Shown: piece after piece, positions 15,036 through 28,739 of the stretch
Numbering within the stretch: position 1 is the stretch's first letter
Layout of the letters: every line of letters begins with the position of its first letter
The notes under the pieces: model-generated
Databases searched by the model: none
What the model was told of the DNA's origin: nothing
Seen by the model: the letters and a program-made list of their open reading frames with translations, nothing else
Translations under genes and position numbers: made by a program
Assembly: GCA_964016885.1 (NCBI GenBank)
Contig: OZ024742.1
Coordinates: forward strand, 326,492,001 to 326,556,000
Origin: Eledone cirrhosa
Taxonomy: Eukaryota
Length of the DNA: 64,000 nucleotides
Reading direction: 5' to 3'

Positions 15036-15234
15036 GCTTATAATGGTAATGAAAAAAAGATAAGTATATGGGGAGGGTACAAGCGAAAGAAAAGAGGAGC
15101 AATCAACGCATAATAAGAAAGTTGAGAGTATTTATATTACTAGTTTGGCATATCACCGCATTTCCAGCTGTTTCAGGTCGTAAATACATGTTTCATTGTT
15201 TATATAAACACATAGAATTATGTATGTGAGTATT

Positions 15235-15448
15235 TACAGTTTTCTAATCTAGGCATAACGCTAGCAATTTGGGAAGAGGAGAAAATAGACTGTATCGAAC
15301 CCCAATACTTGTCAAGTACTTTATTTTATTGATCCCAGAAAAATAAAAAGCAAATTAGCTTTTATTTGAATTTGCACTCAGAAGCTAAAGAGTTATAACT
15401 AAATGCCGCAAAGCATTTTGTATGACACACTGACGGTTCTGGCAATCA
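15235..15448 (-). mobile_element. Degraded Nin/Deu-core SINE
   Basis: Colinear diverged match to the SINE consensus. Other degraded copies lie near 1020-1140, 1960-2100, 3630-3770, 14184-14285, 20015-20230, 21440-21560, 28050-28170, 40380-40510, 40830-41010, 45305-45445 and 45735-45810. Confidence 0.7.
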
Positions 15449-15851
15449 CTTGCGAAGTTGATAGATATCATTCCATAGTTTCACTTTCACTTCGTATGTG
15501 AAGTCACTAAAATGGCGGTAAATTCTGTTCTACATGTGTGCGTCTGTACATAAAAATTCAAAACATTAGCGTGAAAAATGTTTACACTTTCACACAAAAA
15601 CGGCAGTTATATCTACCATATATTTACTCAAAATCTTTAGATGTTCACTATTTTCTAGTATAAATATATATTATTTATTTAATAACATCGTGAAACCTAT
15701 GAATGTCATGTAAATGAAGCAGATTACATCAGGTATGTTTTATATTCTGTATGATATATGTAAGATAAGGTTTCTAAAAACAGTAACTACCTCTATTTTA
15801 TGTTTACCTTGAATCCTCAAATATATGCTGTTCTAGCATAAATATTGTATG

Positions 15852-15902
<51 letters not shown>

Positions 15903-15965
15903 ATGTATGTATGTATGTATGTATGTATGTATGTATGTATGTATGTATGTATGTGTCAATAATTG

Positions 15966-16105
15966 TCACAAGTGTAGTGTTTGTACCAGAGTTTTCAAGT
16001 CGCTGGCTGGACTAAAAAGTCACACTTGTTCAGCGCATCAGTAGGGGTTCTCCTAAATGGATATAAAGTAGTGGCCGTACTCGAAAACGAGTTGGCAGCC
16101 ACCAT
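15966..16105. repeat. About 140-bp dispersed repeat, near-identical copy at 42917-43055
   Basis: gtcacaagtgtagtgtttgtaccagag...gagttggcagccaccat at both sites, each followed by a microsatellite. Confidence 0.9.
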
Positions 16106-16273
16106 GTATGTATGTATGTATGTATGTATGTATGTATGTATGTATGTATGTATGTATGTATGTATTATGTGTGTGTGTGTGTGTATTTAAAAGGTAAACA
16201 GAAATAACAACACAATCGGTACAGTATATGGAAGGAATATATTAGGTTAACGCTTGATATAGCATGGAGAGCG

Positions 16274-16309
16274 TCTTAACGTTTCAGACGCTAGTCCTTC
16301 ATCAGAAGA
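16274..16309 (-). ncRNA. Minimal Penelope-type hammerhead motif
   Basis: TCTT-CTGATGA-AGGACTAGCGTCT-GAA-ACGT-T-AAGA within element 16187-16410. Confidence 0.75.
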
Positions 16310-16563
16310 AAGAATGAGAAATGAGATAGATTGAAGGGTCGGGCGGGGTGGAATTGGAAAAAATGGTCTTTATATATAAATAACAGGTCCATTCATGTTG
16401 CCATCTCATATATATATATATAGAAAGAGAGAAAGGGAGAGAGGGGAGGGAGAGAGGCAAATGTGAAAAAACAACTTATTGGTGGACACTCACACTTTCT
16501 TTCTCTGTATTTATCTCTGCCTAAATTACGTTACTTATAATATAACGACCCACATACACGTAG

Positions 16564-16622
<59 letters not shown>

Positions 16623-16666
16623 TGTGTGTGTGTGTGTGTGTGGTGTCTGTGTAATGTATCTGCATG

Positions 16667-16714
<48 letters not shown>

Positions 16715-17082
16715 TGTGTGTGTGTGTGTGTGGTATGTGTGTGTTTGGGTATGTGCGAATGTATAGATGTATATATACATCCTCAAACGCAACCACACAA
16801 CTACACACGTGCACACACAATCAGCAATAGTTTCAACTACAAAGCTTACCTCTATTGAATTAACACAGGAAATTGTCGTCTCCATTAAGCAGTAGTCTTT
16901 TCAAAGGCGTTATTTGGTAATCTAGATCATAGACTTAGCTTTGTCGTAGGTTTTTAATTTAAAAATTTCAATTTACTCAGTTTCGACTATCAGCCAAACG
17001 AGGGCCTGAAATCCGTTTAACTAACCGCACCCAAACGCTCTTACAGATGTACACATACACACACCAGTATATACAGGAGGTA

Positions 17083-17114
<32 letters not shown>

Positions 17115-17116
17115 AT

Positions 17117-17173
<57 letters not shown>

Positions 17174-17527
17174 TGCATGTATGTATAAATTTCCTTTGAA
17201 TTCAGTAAATGGAAGGATTAAAGTATTCCTCTTTTACTTTACAAATCATATCTTTTGTTTTCGATTTTCTTTCTCCTACTTTCTCTCTCTCTCCCCCTCT
17301 CTCTCTCTCTCTCTCTCTCTCCATCTCTCTCTCTCTCCCTCCCTCTCTCTCTCTATCATTCTCTTTGTTTCTCTCTCCCTCTTTATCACAAACAAACATT
17401 GATTTTATTATATGTATATATATATAAATGTTGGAGTCTCTCGTCGAAAATGACGTGTGGGTGTTCAGCAGAAGATAAAGCAAATGCAAATCCAAGGCAA
17501 GAACCAGTTGGTGGATTTTTAACAAAG

Positions 17528-17892
17528 TTAATTGTTTCTACTTTTGGCACAAGGACAGCAATTATCCCAGTTCATTACTGGTACTTTATTTTATCGACCC
17601 CGTAAGGATGAAAGGCAAAGTTAACCTCGGTGGGATTTGAACTCAGAACATAAAGGGGCGTAACTCTATGCTGCAAAGCATGGCGTCCGACCTTCTTTTT
17701 AACAAAGATAATTGTTTCTACTTTTGGCACAAGGCCAGAAATTATATCAGTATATTACTGGTACCTTATTTTATCGACCTTGTAAGGATGAAAGGGAAAG
17801 TTAACCTTGGCGGGATTTGAACTCAGAATGTAAAGGGAAATAACTCTATGCTGCAAAGCATGGCGTCCAACCCTTTACTGATTCTGCCAATC
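17528..17892 (-). mobile_element. Two tandem Nin/Deu-core SINEs sharing a triplicated target site
   Basis: Copies 17528-17695 and 17710-17892; ttttaacaaag(t/a)taat occurs at about 17517, 17697 and 17893. Confidence 0.9.
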
Positions 17893-17904
17893 TTTTAACA
17901 AAGA

Positions 17905-18260
17905 TAATATCCCAACGTTATTCCATTTGCTGAGCACCCATGTGTAATTGCAGACCTGTAGCATTTTTAATGGGACGGTTACTGACAGTGCACTTCAGGT
18001 TTTCCAAATTGATACTCTGCAGGAACAGGGTTATGTTGGTAATAGCCTTTTCAATTTACATACAACAGGTTTTGATGTTGAATACGTTCTTCTTCAAAGT
18101 CAATAAACATCCTATTACATTGCTTTCTCCACTCATTCCTATTATTGGCAACATTTTCCCAGCTGTTAATATTCGTATTCAGGCGTTTCAAATTGTCCCT
18201 AATCTTATCTTTATAGTGAATATGAATGAGAGCCTTTTTGCTTTGGGATTCTGACTTCAT
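17905..18260 (-). mobile_element. RTE-clade LINE 3' fragment
   Basis: YKDKIRDNLKRLNTNINSWENVANNRNEWRK matches the RTE C-terminal pattern, followed by a zinc-finger-like remnant. Confidence 0.75.
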
Positions 18261-18468
18261 TCTTTCTCAAAACGTGGCTACATCATCTCATCTGAAATTT
18301 GATCGAAAACGCTTTTATTCAAGAAATATTGCATTGTGATAGTACTTCGCTATACATTTATATGCACATACATATACACATAGTTCATCAGACATAATGT
18401 ATACACAAACATTGTATATATATAATAATAGTAATAAACGAAAGATATAACACTATAGTATCATTATT

Positions 18469-18528
18469 TATTTCATCATATATATTTCTGGGATGCTAAA
18501 TTAGAGCATGCCTTCTTCAGACAAAATA
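18469..18528 (-). ncRNA. Hammerhead-like motif, probably inactive
   Basis: TATTTTGT-CTGAAGA-aggcatgctctaatttagcatccca-GAA-ATATATAT-G-ATGAAATA; G at the cleavage position. Confidence 0.6.
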
Positions 18529-18633
18529 CAATATTAGATGTATAAAATGTTATATGACATACTTATAAGAGAGACCGTATCCGATCAATTCCAAATGGGT
18601 ATATTGATTACATATCAACAAAGTCTCTAACTC

Positions 18634-18698
<65 letters not shown>

Positions 18699-18964
18699 TA
18701 TGTTGGATAAATCTATATCCTGATTCTTTTTGAATTGAGTTTGAATTATTTTTCCCACATCTTACGTTAACTATTTTCCCATTTTGACGCTATAGTCACT
18801 TATATATTATGGAATACTGTTGGCTTCTTGCTACAATAATTTCTATACTTTTCATTTATATATATATATATGTGTGTGTAAAAGGTAAACAGAAATAACA
18901 ACACAATCGGTACAGTATATGGAAGGTATATATTAGGTTAACGCTTGATATAGCAGGAAGAGGG

Positions 18965-19000
18965 TCTCAACGTTTCGGACGCTAGTCCTTCATCAGAAGA
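18965..19000 (-). ncRNA. Minimal Penelope-type hammerhead motif
   Basis: TCTT-CTGATGA-A-GGAC-TAGC-GTCC-GAA-ACGT-T-GAGA within element 18878-19100, homologous to 16187-16410. Confidence 0.78.
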
Positions 19001-19099
19001 AAGAATGAGAAATAAAATAGATGAAGGGGCGGGCGGGATGGAATTGGAAAAAATGTCTTTAGATAAAAATAATAGGTCCATTCATGTTGACATCTCTTG

Positions 19100-19169
<70 letters not shown>

Positions 19170-19619
19170 CAAAGAGACGACAAAACAGAGATACAAGTCT
19201 TATTAGTTTCACGCTCTATATGGAAAAAGGGATAGAAAGTTCGACATGTCGGGCTTCATATATATATATATATATAGATAGATAGATATGTATATATATG
19301 GATAGATAGATATGTATATATATGGATTACTTGATAGTGTTTTTGACTGACGATCCCAACTTGAGAGTTCCATTCCATACTGCGAGTTCCATTTCATTTC
19401 ACCTTGTTCCAGTCAATCATTGACCAAAATGCAAAGCGTTGTATCGTAATATTTGGCCACATGCAAATTAAATTCATTATCAGATTGTTCCATTTATCGA
19501 ATCAGCTGATACGAGAGTCATATATGTATTAGATTATGGATTTTATATTACAAAGAATGTTATAGGTCTTTGTATGAATGTATATGTGTGTACATTTCTG
19601 TGTATGTGTGTCTCTATTT

Positions 19620-19681
<62 letters not shown>

Positions 19682-21859
19682 CATACATACATACATATAA
19701 GCATACATACATACATATATGCATACATACATGTATGTATATGCATACATATATGTATGTATGTAAATAGGTGTCTGTTAGTAATGTCCATAATAGTGCA
19801 ATAGAGGAATTTGGAATAAATTTCTGCGGATTTAAAACAATTTTTTTCTTCGTTTTCATCTTATCGCTTCATTAGTGCCGTCTCTCTCTATAATTCAGTT
19901 GGTTTCTCATTAGCAAATGATCGTTATTCAAATATATATGTGTATATTTGCTTTGTTTTCTAAGGGGAGATTTTGTTCTCTTTTATGTTATTTTATGTGT
20001 ACCATAATGCAGCAGCTGTGGCATCATGACAGAATCATTAGAGCGTCTGACAAAAGTATTTGCTTTATTTGTTCTGGCTCTTTACGTCTTAAGTTTAAAT
20101 CCTACCCAAATAAATACTAGCTTTTATCATTCAGGGTTGGTAATATATGTACCAGTCAAGTACTGGGATCGATATAACCAACTTTTCCATCCCCACGAAT
20201 TGCTGGTTTTGTGCCAATTTAGAAACCGTTATACTATCGGTAGCATAACTAACAAATATTGAAACATTGGAAATATCTCGTTTAATTCACCGGAATCATT
20301 TCGCATTCCATGACTTACAAAAGAATCAATTCAATTAAACATAGTCGGATAGAAGAGAAAACAATGAGAAAACTTGAGCACTCAGTTACACATTACAAGA
20401 AGGAAAGCTGGTGTTGCCTTCTAAAGAAATATTGGAGACAAACCAAGACACTCACAGCATTACCGTGAATCTGGTAATTAATTTTCTTCTTTCAAGATCG
20501 ATTGTCAATGATATCCTATTTTATTTTTAATTCATATTGTTTTTTTTTTTGTTTGTTTACATTTTATTTCGGGTGCAAGATGCGGTTTTCTTGCCAGCTA
20601 TCACAAACGGTCTAAGTAAAAGATGTATTTTATTTGAATTTAATTTCGCCAGGTGATGACTTGTTTTCATTGTTATTCAGAATGAACAGATGGCATTTAA
20701 AAGCAACAATGAACAATATTGACCAAAGTAAGCCATGCTGGCGGAGGTAGTTATAGTACGGGTAAATTACTTGTAAAGTATGTTGTGTTGTAAACATACC
20801 AAATACTCATTCTCTCTTATGTACACATATATACACCAGGTCCGAACTCAATCTATGGAAGAAAACTTTGCAGGCAGAGAATTCCAAAAAGTATTTCTAG
20901 GGATAAATATTTGGAAAATCTGCCTGCGCGGGGTTCATTTGTCTCCCTTTAGACATTTCGTGTCGCATATTATTTTTGTTTTCTATGAGAAGTAGCTAGC
21001 TCCTTGCAATATCTTTCTCATGGGGCAACGTAGCTGATTCCATCAAAGAGAGAAGGGCAGGGGCAATAATAAGCTAGTAGATTAGCCACATCATTAGAAC
21101 TCCTAATATAAAACATTACAGTATTTAATTATGGCAAGAGCGTAGCAGACTAAATAATTGTTTGTGGGTGGCAGTGGTGCTTTGCTTCATGTTCAAAAGT
21201 GCAATTATTTCTCGCAGTAATAATAGAAATGATAGGTAAAAGAAACTAGGCGTTGGCTTGCATTAATGAGTGAAGACATGCCAAACATTGGGTGAATATT
21301 GAGGGAGAAGGGTAATTATTTAAAATGTTGATGTTTATGTGTCTATCAGTTACAACATAGATGTGTCCAGTGTATGATGCATTTGCACTTGCGCAAATCA
21401 TTTCATCCGATGCTATAACAATTACGTCACCTCTATGACCGTGACTGGTATTTTATTTTATCCAACGCGACAGCATATTTGGCCACGGCAGAATTTGAAT
21501 TCTTTGCACTGAGAGCCGGAACAAATACCGTGAAGTATTTTATACAACGCTATCGTTTCTATCAATGTACCTGTTACGATGCTGACACAAAGGAACAACA
21601 GACTAAAACATTCAAATCTGAAGGTGGTGCTCATGCATATGTGAAGAGAAGCTCCGCTGGTTTAGAGGCTATCGTTATTCTGCCTGATGAATTACATTAA
21701 AAAGACACACGTCTCTTTAGTTCTCAGTCATTTACACTATCATTTTGAAACTATCATTTCAAGGGGTAGGTTACCTAGTTGATCAAACAACTGGAATACA
21801 CACCGTCGAAACCGACGGAAATCCATTTTCTTTTACTCCATATTATCTTCCAGATTCAA

Positions 21860-22190
21860 AGTGGGGAAATAGAGGTGTCGTTAGAACGCCGGGTAGAATG
21901 TGTTACGGTATTCCTTCTAGCTCCCTGAGTTCAAATCCCACCAAGGTCAACTTTGCCTTTCATCCTTTCGAGGTCGATAAGATAAGTTCCGATCTAGTAA
22001 TGGGGGTGATTTTTTCCTCTATTCTCTTTCTCGATTCCTCCCTATCAGTCATTCTCTTTCTCTGAAAGAAATATGCTGTGTTTAGATCTGCAGAGGAGAT
22101 GGGTTCACTTAGATTTAAAATATGCACAAGAAACGCCGTATGTTTCTACGGTGCCCCTACGAATCTATCAGGATTTACGGGTAACTACTA
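21860..22190 (+). mobile_element. Nin/Deu-core SINE, long-tail subfamily
   Basis: gagttcaaatccc...gcctttcatcctttcgaggtcgataag, tail cggtgcccctacga. Confidence 0.8.
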
Positions 22191-22269
22191 CATCTTCCAG
22201 ATTAAATAGCTGCCTTGTGTGTATATTATACATTAGTTATACACCTTTCCGTATGTTATATACTAGTGT

Positions 22270-22463
22270 CAGACCTGCCAACCTCTAAAAATCCAAACGG
22301 GGAGTACCATGAAAAAGGGTGCCCCAAAACGGGGTGAAATAAGGCAAAATGGGGAGATTTTACATTATGAAAACTATACCCATTTTCACAAGAGAAGACA
22401 TCTCTCAACTACCACAAAGTGGGTAAGAGATCTTCCCGTCGGACGAGGGGAGTTGACAAGTAC
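22270..22463. mobile_element. Possible degraded hAT-like MITE
   Basis: Imperfect TIRs CAGACCTGCCAAC / GTTGACAAGTAC; no clear TSD. Confidence 0.3.
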
Positions 22464-23164
22464 AAGTTGTGTAGTGTGTAGATTATACACAAGAAAGCAT
22501 GTTTATGGTAATGAAAATTTGACGGATGTTTTTTGTGCTCTACAATTAATCTTTGAATTGTAAACACTAAGAACATACTTCGCCACGAAGCGAACCTCTT
22601 AACCACACATCCACTACAGATTATGCTAGTATTTATAATTTCTTTCTTCACTCAATCCGTTATATTATTTTGAATTTTGTTGTTGTTTGTGTTATTTAAT
22701 TATTTTTCTTTGTTTTTTCATTCATTTTAGTCTATTTTTTTGTTAGCAATAAATCGTATTTCTGGTTTATCTCAAATAGATTTATTTTAAGACTATTATT
22801 TATTTTCAGATTTTTCAGTCAGTTGCGTCTTTGTGTGTGGGGGCGTGCGTGTGGATGTGTTCGTGTAGGGGAAGTGTGTGTGTTTGTGTATGTGCGTTAA
22901 TTTGTGCTTATGTGTGGGTGTGCTTGGTTGTGCTCGTGTGTTTCTGTGTGTGGATGTTTGTGTCTTTTTGTGAGTGTGTTTGTGTTCAGAAGTGGGTGGG
23001 GGTGCGTGCACGTGGGTGGGTGTTTGTGTAGTGGAGGCGTGTGGGTGCGTAGACGTGTGCGTGTGTGTTTGTGTGTGTCTGCGTGTGTGTTTGTTTTTTC
23101 CGATTATTTTAATTTTATTGTAGTAATTGCAATTATTGTTGTGGTTGCTGCTGGAAGTGTAACT

Positions 23165-26100
23165 GTGTTGTTGGTAGTGTAGTCCTTCCTGGCGGTGGCG
23201 GTGGTGTGTGGTGGCGGTGAGGTTGTTGGTGGTAGTGTAGTCCTTGCTGGCGGTGGCGGTGGTGTGTGGTGGCGGTGAGGTTGTTGGTGGTAGCGTAGTT
23301 CTTGCTGGCGGTGGAGGTGGTGTGTGGTGGCGGTGAGCTTGTTGGTGGTAGCGTAGTTCTTGCTGGCGGTGGAGGTGGTGTGTGGTGGCGGTGAGGTTGT
23401 TGGTGGTAGCGTAGTTCTTGCTGGCGGTGGAGGTGGTGTGTGGTGGCGGTGAGGTTGTTGGTGGTAGTGTAGTCCTTCCTGGCGGTGGCGGTGGTGTGTG
23501 GTGGTGGTGAGGTTGTTGGTGGTAGCGTAGTTCTTGCTGGCGGTGGCGGTGGTGTGTGGTGGCGGTGAGGTTGTTGGTGGTAGTGTAGTTCTTGCTGGCG
23601 GCGATGGGGTGTGGTGGCGGTGAGGTTGTTGGTGGTAGCGTAGTTCTTGCTGGCGGTGGAGGTGGTGTGTGGTGGCGGTGAGGTTGTTGGTGGTAGTGTA
23701 GTCCTTCCTGGCGGTGGCGGTGGTGTGTGGTGGCGGTGAAGTTGTTGGTGGTAGTGTAGTTCTTGCTGGCGGCGGTGGGGTGTGGTGGCGGTGAGGTTGT
23801 TGGTGGTAGTGTAGTTCTTGCTGGCGGCGGTGGGGTGTGGTGGCGGTGAGGTTGTTGGTGGTAGTGTAGTTCTTGCTGGCGGTGGCGGTGGTGTGTGGTG
23901 GCGGTGAGGTTGTTGGTGGTAGCGTAGTTCTTGCTGGCGGCGGTGGGGTGTGGTGGCGGTGAGATTGTTGGTGGTAGTGTAGTTCTTGCTGGCGGCGGTG
24001 GGGTGTGGTGGCGGTGAGGTTGTTGGTGGTAGTGTAGTTCTTGCTGGCGGCGGTGGGGTGTGGTGGCGGTGAGGTTGTTGGTGGTAGCGTAGTCCTTGCT
24101 GGCGGTGGCGGTGGTGTGTGGTGGCGGTGAGGTTGTTGGTGGTAGTGTAGTTCTTGCTGGCGGCGGTGGGGTGTGGTGGCGGTGAGGTTGTTGGTGGTAG
24201 TGTAGTTCTTGGTGGCGGTGGCGGTGGTGTGTGGTGGCGGTGAGGTTGTTGGTGGTAGCGTAGTTCTTGCTGGCGGCGGTGGGGTGTGGTGGCGGTGAGA
24301 TTGTTGGTGGTAGCGTAGTTCTTGCTGGCGGCGGTGGGGTGTGGTGGCGGTGAGGTTGTTGGTGGTAGTGTAGTTCTTGCTGGCGGCGGTGGGGTGTGGT
24401 GGCGGTGAGGTTGTTGGTGGTAGCGTAGTCCTTGCTGGCGGTGGCGGTGGTGTGTGGTGGCGGTGAGGTTGTTGGTGGTAGTGTAGTTCTTGCTGCGGCG
24501 GTGGTGGTGTGTGGTGGCGGTGAAGTTGTTGGTGGTAGCGTAGTCCTTGCTGGCGGTGGCGGTGGTGTGTGGTGGCGGTGAGGTTGTTGGTGGTAGCGTA
24601 GTTCTTGCTGGCGGCGGTAGTGTGTGGTGGCGGTGAAGTTGTTGGTGGTAGTGTAGTTCTTGCTGGCGGTGGAGGTGGTGTGTGGTGGCGGTGAAGTTGT
24701 TGGTGGTAGCGAAGTTCTTGCTGGCGGTGGAGGTGGTGTGTGGTGGCGGTGAAGTTGTTGGTGGTAGCGAAGTTCTTCCTGGCGGCGGCGGTGGTGTGTG
24801 GTGGCGGTGAGGTTGTTGGTGGTAGTGTAGTTCTTGCTGGCGGCGGTGGGGTGTGGTGGCGGTGAGGTTGTTGGTGGTAGTGTAGTCCTTCCTGGCGGCG
24901 GTGGGGTGTGGTGGCGGTGAGGTTGTTGGTGGTAGTGTAGTTCTTGCTGGCGGCGGTGGGGTGGGGTGGCGGTGAGGTTGTTGGTGGTAGCGTAGTTCTT
25001 GCTGGCGGCGGTGGGGTGTGGTGGCGGTGAGGTTGTTGGTGGTAGTGTAGTTCTTGCTGGCGGCGGTGGGGTGTGGTGGCGGTGAGGTTGTTGGTGGTAG
25101 CGTAGTTCTTGCTGGCGGCGGTGGGGTGTGGTGGCGGTGAGGTTGTTGGTGGTAGTGTAGTTCTTGCTGGCGGCGGTGGTGTGTAGTGGCGGTGAGGTTG
25201 TTGGTGGTAGCGTAGTTCTTGCTGGCGGTGGCGGTGGTGTGTGGTGGCGGTGAGGTTGTTGGTGGTAGCGTAGTTCTTGCTGGCGGCGGTGGGGTGTGGT
25301 GGCGGTGAGGTTGTTGGTGGTAGTGTAGTTCTTGCTGGCGGCGGCGGTGGTGTGTAGTGGCGGTGAGGTTGTTGGTGGTAGCGTAGTTCTTGCTGGCGGC
25401 GGCGGTGGGGTGTGGTGGCGGTGAGGTTGTTGGTGGTAGCGTAGTTCTTGCTGGCGGTGGCGGTGGTGTGTGGTGGCGGTGAGGTTGTTGGTGGTAGCGT
25501 AGTTCTTGCTGGCGGTGGCGGTGGTGTGTGGTGGCGGTGAGGTTGTTGGTGGTAGCGTAGTTCTTGCTGGCGGTGGCGGTGGTGTGTGGTGGCGGTGAGG
25601 TTGTTGGTGGTAGCGTAGTTCTTGCTGGCGGTGGCGGTGGTGTGTGGTGGCGGTGAAGTTGTTGGTGGTAGCGTAGTTCTTGCTGGCGGCGGCGGTGGGG
25701 TGTGGTGGCGGTGAGGTTGTTGGTGGTAGCGTAGTTCTTGCTGGCGGCGGCGGTGGTGTGTGGTGGCGGTGAGGTTGTTGGTGGTAGCGTAGTTCTTGCT
25801 GGCGGCGGCGGTGGTGTGTGGTGGCGGTGAAGTTGTTGGTGGTAGCGTAGTTCTTGCTGGCGGTGGCGGTGGTGTGTGGTGGCGGTGAGGTTGTTGGTGG
25901 TAGCGTAGTTCTTGCTGGCGGTGGCGGTGGTGTGTGGTGGCGGTGAGGTTGTTGGTGGTAGCGTAGTTCTTGCTGGCGGTGGCGGTGGTGTGTGGTGGCG
26001 GTGAAGTTGTTGGTGGTAGCGTAGTTCTTGCTGGCGGCGGCGGTGGGGTGTGGTGGCGGTGAGGTTGTTGGTGGTAGCGTAGTTCTTGCTGGCGGCGGCG

Positions 26101-26485
26101 GTGGTGTGTGGTGGCGGTGAGGTTGTTGGTGGTAGCGTAGTTCTTGCTGGCGGCGGCGGTGGTGTGTGGTGGCGGTGAAGTTGTTGGTGGTAGCGTAGTT
26201 CTTGCTGGCGGTGGCGGTGGTGTGTGGTGGCGGTGAGGTTGTTGGTGGTAGTGTAGTTCTTGCTGGCGGTGGCGGTGGTGTGTGGTGGCGGTGAAGTTGT
26301 TGGTGGTAGTGTAGTCCTTCCTGGCGGCGGCGGTGGTGTGTGGTGGCGGTGAAGTTGTTGGTGGTAGCGTAGTTCTTGCTGGCGGTGGCGGTGGTGTGTG
26401 GTGGCGGTGAAGTTGTTGGTGGTAGTGTAGTTCTTGCTGGCGGCGGCGGTGGTGTGCGGTGGCGGTGAAGTTGTTGATGGTAGTG
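23165..26485. repeat. GT-rich minisatellite, about 58 units of 55 or 58 bp
   Basis: Unit ggtggtagYgtagttcttgctggcgg(Ygg)cggtggKgtgtggtggcggtgaRgttgtt; period confirmed by the 2-nt shift per 60-nt line. Confidence 0.97.
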
Positions 26486-27066
26486 GTATTTGTGGGGGAT
26501 ATCGAGATGATGGTTATGGTGTTGGTGATTGTGATGATATTGGCAGTGATGGTGGTGGTGGTGGTCGTAATGGCGGTGGATGCGGGTGTGTGGATTGTTT
26601 CTGTTTACATCGTGTTCCTTGTGTAGTTAAGTTCTTGGCCTCTGGAATCTGTAAGTTAACTGGCAAATAACTCTATATACTTTTATTTATATTCTAACAC
26701 AACGTAATATAACAGTGATCCATCAAACCTATGTTCAGATGTGTATGTACAAATATATCTGTATGTGTGTGTTACACGAGTTGTTGCATATTCAGATTAG
26801 ATACAGCTGTAACTGGTTTTATTTGGATTATGTAGGAAGGAAAGTTTTGCTACAGTGAGGGCTTAAAGAAGATAGACATTAGCTGCCGTGTACAATCTTG
26901 GATGTGTCTTTGCACATATAAACTCACATATCTCAGATGTCGAAAAAGAGTCCGGCCCCGGTCAGTATGATTGTACCCTGAGCTGATCGATATTGAAACA
27001 ATTGTAATATGCAATAAACTTTCTACATATATTGCAACACTCACTTCGACTCTACTTACTTTATGT

Positions 27067-27121
<55 letters not shown>

Positions 27122-27479
27122 GTATGTATGTGTACATAAAGAAAAGACAACTGAAAAGAAGGCAGATCGAACACATTTCTTTTTGAAAATAAAAAACAAT
27201 GGCAAGTAAAGACAAACGAAAGATACAGAAGTCCAAGGTTTTCAACCGTTGAGATGGGCTTAGGAAGTTTCTACTCCTACCTACAATATGTCTGGTCTAC
27301 CCTGGGTGACAGCGTCTGACAAACAAGCCAAAGTTTTGTCCCTGGAGTACAAGAAAAACAAGACAAAATAATAACTCAAAAAAGAGTAATTAAGCCATTC
27401 CAGGTACACATGGGATTTCCTAAGACGTCTTTGACAAGGTTTTTGTGCTCTTTATATCATATATATATATATATATACT

Positions 27480-27650
27480 TCACCCACTTATTTCTGAGAG
27501 AGTCATGGGGCAGAGTCATCAAAAACTTCTTCCAGCGGGTTCTTTCAGAAGCAACGGTCTCCAACTGATCCGGCTGGATCCCCAAGCTAGACCAGCCAAG
27601 CTCATGGTTGCTATCCAACCATCGTGCTCGGAGTCACCGAGGGTCTCCTG
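27480..27650 (-). mobile_element. Probable RTE-like LINE 3' fragment between (TA)n tracts
   Basis: GC-richer island whose minus strand resembles an RTE tail; recognised by eye only. Confidence 0.4.
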
Positions 27651-27730
<80 letters not shown>

Positions 27731-28739
27731 TGTGTGTGTGAGAGAGAGAAAGAGAGTCATGAAATTGTATTGTCTCAGATAAACTGATAGCCCATAGTGA
27801 ATGAATTATGGAGCTACATTTTTACTCCAAATATCCAAATGAGTTGCTGTGCATCTTTCCACCTATAATGCGTATCATGCTGAAAATGTAATCGGACTAT
27901 GTTTTTATCATATTGGCAATTTTTGATAATCCAGCCATCTGGCGTGCTATGAAAGGTGTTTTTGGTAGTGCAGCTACACTACAGCCACTTTTCTGTAGTA
28001 CTTCACGTTTTCTCTCTCATCATTTTTCACGAACAGATGAATTGATAAAGACCTGGGAGGATCGGATTAAATGTTTCAGTATTTGATTCGGCTCTCCGCA
28101 CTCTAAGTTCAAATCCCACTGAGGTCAACTTTGCCGTTTATCCTTCCAGGGTTGATAAATAATGTGCCAATCCAGAGGCATTGGCTTTACGGAGTTGTTA
28201 AAAGAGTCGGTCAGGGTGCTTTGCGGTATTTGGTATGGTTCTGTGATATCTTCTTCCAAACTCCGCCTCCATCTGTCATGAGTTGCGACTTACATGTAGT
28301 GTCATTAATGGAGAGAATACTGGAAACATGGTTTCATTGATCTTGTCTGACACTCGACTTCTTTCCTTTTCCATTTATGATTTCTACTTGTTCGATAAAT
28401 CCCGATGATTTCTTTATTTCTTCCACCTTCTTTAAGAGTTATAGTGTTGGTGGCTCAATGATCCTGTAAGAACATATTGTGGTACCTAAAGTATATCTTA
28501 TACAGTGTTATGACAGACTATTGGGCGGTATATTTTGTGTTGAGTGGTTTGGCTATTTTCTTGTTGTTTTGTTTTGTTTTTAATGAGAAGAGTATTAGTA
28601 GTTGAGCAGCTCTAACTCACCCTTCTTGTTCTCTCCCTACAGTGTTATCAGACCTCGACTATAAATGATGAGATTCGGTGACCAATATCTTCTTATAATG
28701 TCTAAGCCGAGGAATTTTCTGTTGAGTATATTCTCTAGT

